Program-made: the position numbers and the translations under genes
Assembly: GCA_951406725.2 (NCBI GenBank)
Contig: OX597821.1
Span: 39,990,001 to 40,054,000 of the forward strand
Length of the DNA stretch: 64,000 nucleotides
Reading direction: 5' to 3'
DNA from: Octopus vulgaris
Lineage: Eukaryota
Notes under the pieces: model-generated
Databases searched by the model: none
Seen by the model: the letters and a program-made list of their open reading frames with translations, nothing else
Told to the model about the DNA's origin: nothing
Shown here: piece by piece, positions 53,393-64,000 of the stretch
How the letters are laid out: each line of letters begins with the position of its first letter
How positions within the stretch are numbered: position 1 is the stretch's first letter

Positions 53393-53934
53393 TAAACAAC
53401 TTCAATATTACAACACATGGAGATGTCCCAGATGTGTTGGCATCAACTGCAAGACATGTTTATTGGCGGGGGTAGTGCAATGATAAAATAGCTTTGCTGT
53501 CATCAAATCTGAAGAAATCCTAACTGCAAAGTCTAACTGACAATAGAAATGGTAAAATGGTAAAATAAAATGGTTAAACCAGTGGTTGATGCTGTCTCAA
53601 TCTTGGATGGTGATGCGGTCGGAAAACACGAAGTAGTTGTGTGTGTATGTGTGCATATCTATGAATGCACACACATGTTTGATTGTGAGTGTATGTGTGT
53701 GGATGCGTGGTGTGTGTGTGCATGTGCATGCACGTGTGCAGACATATGCACATGAGCATATAGATATTTTGATAGGTAAATAGATAGAGAGATGGAGAGA
53801 GTTAAATAGATTCTGTTCTTGTTGTTGTTTTGGAGTACTCTAATATTTATAATGTTTCTCAGGAATATTTTTTTTACACTCTATTGAAGACAGACAGAAT
53901 GGTATTATATCATTCTACAATTTCTTGCTTCACA

Positions 53935-54245
<311 letters not shown>

Positions 54246-54833
54246 TAAATGTATTGTTTACTTCCAGCAATGGTGTAGTTATCATCATTCTCATCATTGT
54301 CATCGTCATCGTCATCGTCATCACTACCATCTCTGTCAGAAATGTAAGGATACGACAAAAGTAGAATATGAAACATACTTAATAATTGAGGAAAAAAAAA
54401 GTGACTATCAAATTACCTTAGTCGACACTTACCTAGAAAAATATCTCACAAAAGAAAACAAAACAAAAAGAAGAAACAAATGTGCATAAATATAGATTAT
54501 GAAACACAGGAAAGTAAATTTTTTCTTCTTTGTACATTTTCAGAAAGTCAAGTAAATACAAATTAGAAAGAGGAATACAAAGAAAAAAAAAGAAAGAAAA
54601 ACAGTCAATAAAGATTCAAAAGAATAAAATAAGATTAGAATAAAGGATAAATTTATGTTTGTTATTGCAGTTAGAGCAAGTATTAGACTCTATGCCTGAT
54701 AATATTTTGTTCAAAGCTTTTATGACTTGATTTCAAACCTCACTGGCAAAGTGAACTCTGGCTGTGTTGAAATAAACAGAAAATAAAGAGGTGTAATTGA
54801 ATACACCAAGGTTCTGTGTTGTAAACTTGCTGT

Positions 54834-55450
54834 TATCTCTCTATATAAAAGGGAAATGGCTTAAAGTTGTATGTTTGCATGTCTCAAAATGGCAGTGGGT
54901 GTGCTCAGATTGAGGTGAAAATTTACAGGGATATGTAAAATGAGGCGAGGAAGTGACTGGACTAGGTTAGAAATCTCCATTTCAAAAGGTGTGGTTACTA
55001 GGGCAACAAAACCCATTTCCGATCGATTCTGCACGCTGTGGAGTTCGTGTTTCATGGGCGATTTTAATAAAAAGCACACTTGCATAATCTGAGGGCTCTT
55101 CTATTTAATAGTTTGTCAATTTTTTGTGGAAATTGTTGTTTAAATGAAAAGATTTTATGAAGTGAAAAAAAGTTACATTTTTAGTCGTTTTAACACTTGA
55201 TTTTTTGCTGCTTGTATCTTTGATTTGTTCTGCATAAAAATTATTCCACCTTGTAGGATTTGGTGAGAAATAATTTTTGGATTTCGATTCATTCAAAAGT
55301 TCTGCTGATAAGTACAAAAATAATCAAGTTTACAATTATTTTTCATTTTATTGTCTCAATTTAGTGGCACGAGACGATAGGTGGGATTATTTCATGTTTT
55401 GCCGAGAAGGCTTATTGAATTTTTAATTAATGACACATCAATAATATCAC
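54834..55450 (+). mobile_element. Possible non-autonomous Helitron-like element
   Basis: Starts atctctctatataaaa followed by tgtttg...gattgaggtgaaaattt, resembling invertebrate Helitron 5' ends; 3' end not identified. Confidence 0.4.
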
Positions 55451-56166
55451 ACAATACAATGCTATTACATTTAGAGGTCAATCCTTGATGGATTTCACTT
55501 TTCCATAATTGATAGCATACTTAGTATTTGGTGTTTACAGAACAATGGGTTAGATACTTTACCATTCTTAATGTGACCCTCAATGCTCCAAGTTCAAATC
55601 CCACCTGAGTCAGCTTGGCCTTTCCTCCTTCAGAATTGACTAAAATCAATATAGTGAGGTTACTTAAATCCATGGACTTTCTTGTGTTATTCCTGATGCC
55701 CCCCCAACCCCACCCTAACCAATGTGTTCTATCAAATGGTTAAGGTTCCTGGTTTTTACTGAAGATGCCCGGTTCTGCTTTGTAATATGGAAATGATATG
55801 GAAATGTCCTTAACATTCAGACTAACGAGGGACCATTTTTCCAAAACTGCTAGAAATAGCAACCACATCTCCCTCATGTCTTTACCACCTTAAACAAGGA
55901 AAATAACATGTTAGGACATGCATTTCTTTATACCACTAAAAAAAACGGAATGGTCATAACTAGAATATCCTTTGAGCATTGGTTTACTTGATCAGAGTTG
56001 AACTGGACCTACATAACAACAACAACAACAACAGTTTGATGACAGCAGCAGTGTAATATAGAAACTTGCAGTATTTAGTTATGCCCCTTAACTTTCTGAG
56101 TTCAAATTCAGCTGGGGTCTGTTTTAACTCTGAATTTATTTTGAGATCCATGATAAAGTGATATAA

Positions 56167-56262
56167 GAGCCTGATGATTGGGGTTACCTCTTAAGAAGGG
56201 TTCTAGCAAAACACGGAGTGGTTTCAGAACCAGGAATGTACCTCATGAAACACGTGTAGCCA
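56167..56262 (+). ncRNA. Type I hammerhead-like motif with extended stem II
   Basis: gc CTGATGA ttggggttac...gtacctcat GAAA cacgtg TA gc; internal ggttct/agaacc helix. Confidence 0.6.
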
Positions 56263-56442
56263 AGTTATAAAACAGTAGGTATTTAAAATAAAAATTCTTT
56301 TTATATGGTGATATGAAGGGGCCTACTACCTCTAAATGAATATATATATATATACATATATATATATATGTGATCTCTTGAGCACCACCAGCTCAAATAT
56401 TTTTTCCTCTGTCTTTCCTTCTTGGGATCTTTCCTTCTCCTT

Positions 56443-56477
56443 GTTTCCGACGAAGAGCTCCGCTCGAAACGTTAAAC
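56443..56477 (+). ncRNA. Minimal hammerhead variant (CCGACGA core) in a pyrimidine-rich repeat (56370-56580)
   Basis: gttt CCGACGA a gagc tcc gctc GAAA cgtT aaac. Confidence 0.6.
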
Positions 56478-56575
56478 CTTCCTTCCCTTCTTTCCTGAGC
56501 GTCAATAATACTTTAATTGTTCCACGTCCTGCGTTGCTGTGTTTTTTTCTTTTTTCTGTGTTTTCTTGTTTGGAT

Positions 56576-56614
<39 letters not shown>

Positions 56615-56620
56615 TTTATA

Positions 56621-56830
56621 TGTAAATATAATGTGACAATTATTCGGTAGCCAAGATAAAACTCTGATTTTCGGATGCCAGGGTGTGGATTTCCACCTCG
56701 GCATCCGAAACTCAGAGTTTTATCTTGGCTACCAAATAATTGTCACATATTACATTTACAGATAAATTCCTCAATTTACATAATATTGAGGTCTCTTTCT
56801 TTCTTTTGTTAGCTTACCATTTTTACCAAT
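56621..56830 (+). repeat. Fold-back repeat (about 140-bp palindrome plus tail), probable PLE terminal-repeat derivative
   Basis: 56621-56679 mirrors 56700-56760; related copy at 41101-41236. Confidence 0.75.
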
Positions 56831-56854
56831 ATATATTATTTATATATATATGTA

Positions 56855-57072
56855 TGTATGTATTTGTGTGTCTGTGTTTCTTCCTCCACCATCACTTGAT
56901 AACCAATGTTGGTGTGTTTACATCCTTGTAGCTTAGTAGTTAGGCAAAAGAGACCAATAGAATAAGTGCTAGGCTTATAAAGAATAAGTTCTGGGGTTGA
57001 TTTGCTCGACTAAAGGCGGTGCCCCAGCATGGCCACAGTCAAATGACTGAAACAAATAAAAGAATAAAAGAA
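56855..57072 (+). mobile_element. SINE family A 3' half
   Basis: Matches 35125-35337. Confidence 0.82.
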
Positions 57073-57794
57073 GAAAATTTTGAGCTGTTATGTCATAAGA
57101 CTCTGAAGTTTTCATTAATTTATATCTTTGTGTTTGATCTGAATTCATTATTCCAATAAAGAGTTTACTCGTTCACCTTTTGTGTCTCACCAATTTCTAA
57201 ATCATCATTATCATCACTACCACCACCACCACCACCACATCATCATCATCATCCTTATTATCAACATTTTAAACACAGATGGCTTACACAGAAATTACTG
57301 AGGCAGATATTCTACCACCAGATGCCCTTTCTGCTGCCCTCCCCATGGCCAACCTTCAGCTGTTTCCAAGCAAACTAATACTTCCCCACTGCTGCAAACG
57401 TTCTCACAGAATATTGACAATGAATGACATTGCTTGTGATATCATGTAAAGCCAACACAAGAAGATGAAAATAAACACATATATACAATGGGCTTCTTTC
57501 AGTTTCTAGCTTCGAAATACGCTCACAAAGCTATGGTTAACACAGATCTATAGTCAAAGAAACCTTCTCAAGGTACCACACAGTGGAACTGAACCCAAAA
57601 CCATGTGGTTGGGAAGCAAACTTCTTAACCACACAGCCACTCCTGCTCCAATTTCTAATTTCTAAGAATCCTTATTAGTTCTATTGATTCATGTCTTTGA
57701 GATTCATGTCTTTGAGAAAACAAAATATTTGTTTTCTCAGAGACATGAAAGTTTACAATGATGGAAAATCTTACCCATGTCTACCAACATCTTT

Positions 57795-58170
57795 ATTTGT
57801 TTCGGTCATTTGACTGTGGCCATGCTAGAGTACCACCTTTAGTTGAACAAATCGACCCCAGGACTTATTTGTTTGTAAACATAATACGTATTCTATCGGT
57901 CTCTTAGGCTGAATTGCTAAATTATAGGGACGTAAACACACCAGTATCGGTTTCCAAGCAATGTTGGGAGGACAAATGCAGACACGCTAACACACACAGG
58001 CACACATAATTATATATACGATGGGCTTCTTTCAGTTTCTGTCCACCAAATCCACTCACAAGGTTTTGGTTGGCCCAAGGGCTATAGTAAATGACACTTT
58101 CCCAAGGTGCCCCACAGTGGGACTGAACCCATGTGGTTGGTAAGCAAGCTACTTACCACACAGCCACACC
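57795..58170 (-). mobile_element. SINE family A
   Basis: Reverse complement of 34917-35337. Confidence 0.88.
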
Positions 58171-58324
58171 TATAAACAATAAGAATATATTTAGTATAGG
58201 CATTTAGGTGGGGGTCATCATCCAACCATTACAAATCATTTAACTCCATCTCTAACACAAATAGCTGGCTGTAAAAAGCATGAATGGGTGCTGTCAGTAG
58301 AATATACTTCAAAATAAATATAAA

Positions 58325-58572
58325 TGCACCCTTTTAAAGCCTAACCAGGCTCATAGGCCAAGTTTCCCGGTTTCAATGGCTTATGTGTTCCCCAGCTGGA
58401 TGGGACGCCACTCCATCACAGCGTTACTCATTTTTGCCAGCTGAGTGGATTGGTGCAACGTGAAATGAAGTGTTTTGCTCAAGAACACAACGTGTCACCT
58501 GGTCCAGGAATCGAAACCACAATCTTACGATCATGATGTTGACATCCTAACCACTAAGCCACGTGCCTCCAC
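58325..58572 (-). mobile_element. tRNA-derived SINE related to family D
   Basis: ggaggcacgtggcttagtggttagg A box, ggtttcgattcc B box, gtgttcttgagcaaaacactt, ggcgtcccatccag. Confidence 0.82.
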
Positions 58573-59521
58573 CAGAATATACTTTACATGTTTGATAATG
58601 AAGTTCTTCTTTGAATTTTTTGAAAAGGCAAATTTATTGTGATTCTGTTTTAGTATCACATTGAGGAATCATCACTCATGTTGTCAATTTATATAAATAT
58701 TGAAGGTTTATATCTTTAGCAGTATCTGATTATAGAATGTATAATAAAAGAAAGGTTCTACCACACTTTGAATTGTCTTTCCATCGAATGATCTGTTTGA
58801 AATAGCGTTTTACATATATCAGCTACAGCATATTTTGTTTGTAAATTGTTAAAACACCAGATGTAAATGATTGGAATTTTAGATATGTATAAAGATAGAC
58901 ATATTCATGTACATATATTTATTTTAAGATCTTTTTCCTTTCTTTCACAACATCTGAAATTGGATGATAATTTATTTAAATGGTATGGTATATATCTCAA
59001 GAGGTACTTGATAAAATGCTGTTTTTCTGAAATAGTAAAACAAAAAAAAGAGCTCATGATTATAAATTATTCTAAGATTTTAATGTAAATGTTATTAGAT
59101 ATTATAAATACCAATCCACAAGAGGAAAAGAAAACAGGGCCATTAATGAGAATCAAACCATATCTCAATCACTTAAGGGTTGCCAGCAAATAAAAGTTGC
59201 TTTTTTTCAAGTCTCCCCACTTGTTTCTCTCTCAAATTGATGCCTTGAATATCCAATATATCCTATAATAAATAATATATTATTTAATATGTTATATGTC
59301 ATATAATGTCTATTTTATCATATAAGATGAAATATATCCTGTAAAGTGTATCATATTCACTTGAGTATAATGCCAGCTTTAATATAATTCAACCCTTCAG
59401 CTTGTACCAAAAAACCAACAATATATTTTATCATCATAGCCTTTATTTTACACTTTGAGGATAAAATTACTACCCCGTTTAATCCTGATGCTTTGTTTTA
59501 TATTATGCAGGAATAAATATG

Positions 59522-59524
<3 letters not shown>

Positions 59525-59605
<81 letters not shown>

Positions 59606-59614
59606 GTATATATG

Positions 59615-59653
<39 letters not shown>

Positions 59654-59725
59654 ATCTGTATATATGTATGTATATATATATATATATATATATGTATATA
59701 CATATATATATATATATGTATATAC

Positions 59726-59781
<56 letters not shown>

Positions 59782-59790
59782 CTATGTATA
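59525..59790. repeat. (TA)n-rich microsatellite
   Basis: Directly visible. Confidence 0.97.
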
Positions 59791-59814
59791 TTCATTTTTT
59801 CTTTTTTTGTTCTT

Positions 59815-60092
59815 TTTTATTTGTTTCAGTCATTTGACTGCGGCCATGCTGGAACACCACCTTTAGTCGAACAAATCAACCCCAGGACTTATTCTTTGTA
59901 AGCCTAGTACTTATTCTATCGGTCTCTTTGCTGAACTGCTAAGTTATGGGAATGTAAACACACCAGCATCGGTTGTCAAGTGATGGTGCAGGGACAAACG
60001 CAGACACACAAACATATACACACACATATGTATGTATATATATATATATACGATGGGCTTCTTTCAGTTTCCGTCTACCAAATCCTCTCACA
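59815..60092 (-). mobile_element. SINE family A, 5' truncated
   Basis: Reverse complement of 35040-35330. Confidence 0.88.
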
Positions 60093-61802
60093 TATACTAA
60101 TTGAATAGTTTTCCTTCTTAAAATAAAAGGCACAATTACAAATGTGCACTCATATTTATTGAAACTTGGTATTTCAGACAACAAATACTTAGCCATTATC
60201 TTTTATTGTTTCTACCCTGAACTATTTATGCATCTTTAATCAGAGCTCTTCATCTTCATTGTATAAAAAGTGGTATTTGTCAACTCCAGCATTTTTAGTC
60301 ATATGAAAAAACCATTCGGTATTTAAATATGTTAACAACTCAGACATTTTGAATTAAGAGATCTTTCAGATTCTCATTGCCATGTTGGAAATAGCTATTT
60401 AAGACTTAATTTTAACCTGACATAAAACATGAATTTCTATTTAACTTTCAGCCATATATCTATTTTCATGTTATTGCACTTGGAAAACAGATAATAAAAC
60501 GAACGTTTCTCTTCAAAATTAAGTTGCTGATGACTGTTGAAGTGTAGCAAGCACTTGCCAAATAACCAGGAAGGTTAGTTTTCTGGTTTGTAGAGCTGGG
60601 AATTAGTTTGGCTGGTTGTGATTCTTGCTTGTGTTTCTAATACTATTGATTTGCCATTAACATACACAATATTTCTTTTGACATTAAGTGATAACAGATT
60701 CAGTCCTCATTTATACAACCCAAATTTAAAACACTTTAGGGAATATTCACTCTGTTATGGAACTGCAAGAAATATCATCAAATACAAAAGAAATATAAAC
60801 ATTTATCACATACATTTTAGAGGTTAGATTTAGTTTATCTCCCCAATGGTTTCAGCCAAATATTATGATTGTAACTTGATGTCTTATTGTTGAAAATTAA
60901 TGTCTTCTGTATAGAAAACTGGTTGGATATGCGATAAACATTTGGTGCAAAACAAAAGGGAAAATAAAGTGTAATCTGAGAGAAATTACTTTCATAATTT
61001 TCAAGAAAAATTACTGCAAATTGAAGAAGCTTTGCATATAAAATATTCAAAAGTCATTAAAAGTTTCAACAATTTTTCTACTTTTTCGTATTTTTGCTGT
61101 CCCATGGAGTAGCACATAAGAATAGAACAGGAATTAAACTTCATAATTTCTTCAGTAGTAATGAATCTAGTTTTGCAATCCCAAGTGTCAACAAAGTTCC
61201 AGTTTCAAACTTTCATAGTTTATTGTAATAGCTTTAGTTTTAAAATACCATAAGTTAATAATGCAGTTCTAGGTACAGAAAAAACATGGGTGAGGCCAAC
61301 TCTTGGGATTATGAAAAAACTAAATGAATTAGCAAAATGGAAATTGAACAGCTACCAAATAGCATTTGAAAGTGCATCAGGGGCCTTGTTATGGATAGTA
61401 CATAATTTATTATTTATCTTTTACACAGCTTTAATCCCATTTAGTATGTTGAGGGAGTGTAGTTGATAAACATCGTTTTGTTTCAGCTCTAATACTTATT
61501 TTATTAACCACCAACAGAAGCAAAACAAAACCAACCCTGTTGGGATCAAAAATTACAACTACAAAACTCCAATTTGCATATAACTGATTATCTGGCCAAA
61601 TTAATAGAAATGTTAGACCTTGTCCACAATGACAGAATTGTGCAACCACCCATCCATCCATCCATCCATCCCTTCTCCTCTTCTTTCTCCACCCTGATGC
61701 TCTTTCCACCACTCCTTCTTATAATTGTTGTTATAATTCTTCCACCTTGGTACATTCAGTCAATGTATAATGGTGATGACTCAGCAGAATTGCCAAACCA
61801 AC

Positions 61803-61868
<66 letters not shown>

Positions 61869-62363
61869 CTATCATCGTCATCCTCATCATTTTAACGTCC
61901 ATTTTGCCATGCTTTCATGGGTCAGACAGAATTTATTGAAGCAGAATTTCTGAGACTGGATGATCTCCCTGTCAGCAATCTTCACCCGTTTCGAAACAAA
62001 TCCTTATTCCCCTGTGGCTGAACACGATTTCAAGGAAGACTGGAAGTGAGTTCCACGACTTGTGTGACCGTAGCACTCTTCTACATCAATTGCCCAAAGT
62101 CAACACAAGGAAAGGTACACAGACCCACCCCTCACCATACCAATATCCACACACACACACACACATAACATCAACTTTGCTTTTCATCCCTCTTGTGTAG
62201 ATTAAAAGGGTGCTGGTCAATTATCTAAGTTGATTGGATCGACTCGATTGTTTACAAACTCTCCAATATGTGACTTTCTGGTAGACTTTAAATTCATTAG
62301 TATGACCGCTTAGTAATAATATCAACATTTTAATTATGATGACAAAATTAGTAGCAGATTATA

Positions 62364-62935
62364 TTGGGTTGTCCAGAAAGCTCGTGCTGATTTATAGTAG
62401 CTTACCTTTCGATTTACTTTAGAACATGTTTGAATCCATAAAATAGGATTTGATTACACCTCCATTTAGAGCACAGTTTAAGCTATCTTTTCGTGGAAGA
62501 AGGTTTATGTTCCTATAACCTGTGTTAATTCTGTAACCTTTAAAATGGAAGATAAGAAAGTTCATTTTCGGCACTTGATGCCTTGGGAACCTGACAAAAA
62601 TTGCTGCAGCTCGGCTGGGATGTGTTACCTGACCCTCCACATTCACCAGTTATTACTCCTTCGGAATTCCACTTATTCAGGTCTCTGAAGAATAGTCTTA
62701 ATGGTAATTAATAGTCTTAATTTCAATTCCTTGGATTACGTAAAAAGATACCTTGATGAATTCTTTGCCCTGAAACCACCTCAATTCTGGGAAGAGGGTA
62801 TTTTCAAGTTAAAGGAAAGATGGAGATACATTGTGCAACAGGTTCGTATTTGGTTGATTAAAGATGTAATGGCAAGTATTTATTGACTTTTTTCTTTCCC
62901 TTTAAAAATCAGCATGAACTTTCTGGACAACCCAA
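62364..62935 (+). mobile_element. Internally deleted mariner (DD34D-type) element
   Basis: TA-flanked inverted repeats ttgggttgtccagaaagctcgtgctgattt / aaatcagcatgaactttctggacaacccaa; MEDKKVHFRHLM fused to LGWDVLPDPPHSPVITPSEFHLFRSLKNSLNG...FWEEGIFKLKERW. Confidence 0.9.
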
Positions 62936-63517
62936 TACAAAAAGCAGTATGATATCTTGTGTCATCAAAACGTGCATTTTTCTGCTAATGACAATAAATG
63001 GGCAAAGAGCAGCAGAAAAGGGTTGGGTTCTCATTAAAATTCAAACAGGATTTCGTTTGATCCCAAATAAAAGGATTTCCAATACCACTTGAGTTACGTT
63101 TGTCTTTTATGAACCAAAGAAAAAATATCAATGTTGTTACACTGCTCATAAAAAAAAAAACAGAAGCTAAATCTTCCTCATATCACACCTTATTACCTTG
63201 GAGAGGGGATGGACACAGTGGACAGTGTAGTACTAGCTACATAATGTCAATAAAATAATAGATTGGTCGTTGTTGGAACTCCTTAAATTAATGGCTTAGC
63301 TCAATGAGGACTGACCAGGGGTTCAGCAGTAATGATTGAGCAATGACATTCAAAGTCAACCAAAATAAAAAGCTGTTATGCACAGGGACCCTAAGCACAG
63401 GGACCCGATGCACAGTGAAGGTGTATCCTATTAGTCCAGGGTGTTAACATGTCGTCTTGTTTTTGGATGTCACTTCACTTACATGTGTATATATAATTTA
63501 ATTGTAAGTAAATGCTT

Positions 63518-63699
63518 CAGTTCTGTATTTAAGAGATGAGAAACTATGTACATTATTTACATTATTTACATTTGACAGATATTTGTCCTTATCTTGTTTT
63601 GTTGTTAACACAACGTTTCAGCTGATACACCCTCCAGCCTTCATCAAGTGTCTTGGGGAAATTTCGAACCTGGGTTCTCATTCCTAAGGTATTTTTCCA

Positions 63700-63749
<50 letters not shown>

Positions 63750-63826
63750 TCACTCGGAATCTTGGCGTAGTGGTTAAGAGCGCAGGCTACTAACCCAAAA
63801 ATTCTGAGTTCGATTCTAGGCAGTGA

Positions 63827-63859
<33 letters not shown>

Positions 63860-64000
63860 CGATAATAATAATAATAATAATAACAACAACAACAACAACA
63901 TTGAAAAATACCTTAGGAATGAGAACCCAGGTTGCAGGTTGGAGGGTATATCAACCGAATCATTGTGTTACCAACAAACAAGATGAGGACAAATATCTGT
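63518..64000 (+). mobile_element. ORF-less PLE-derived inverted terminal-repeat element (runs off the window end)
   Basis: Minus arm 63518-63762 with hammerhead 63607-63652; plus arm with tRNA-like cassette 63763-63830, (AAT)n and a partly deleted hammerhead. Confidence 0.88.

Overview
AT-rich, repeat-saturated eukaryotic DNA with no convincing host protein-coding gene. It is most consistent with an octopus (coleoid cephalopod) intron or gene desert; this is an inference from the SINE, LINE and microsatellite repertoire. Nearly all listed ORFs are microsatellite or repeat artefacts. Supported content: several tRNA-derived SINE families (CORE-like, Meta-domain-like, Arg/V-like); RTE-clade LINE fragments and their 3' tails; Dong/R4 restriction-like-endonuclease LINE fragments around a (TAA)n tract; three Tc1/mariner remnants; MITE-like palindromes; and many Penelope-like element (PLE) remnants. 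The most notable structure is a PLE family whose terminal repeat is a tRNA-like Pol III cassette, then (AAT)n, then a minimal hammerhead ribozyme. It occurs on a coding RT/GIY-YIG remnant and as short ORF-less inverted-repeat copies. At least four further unrelated hammerhead-like motifs, a nuclear-receptor DR1 half-site array and several long fold-backs were also seen. Boundaries were read by eye and are approximate.
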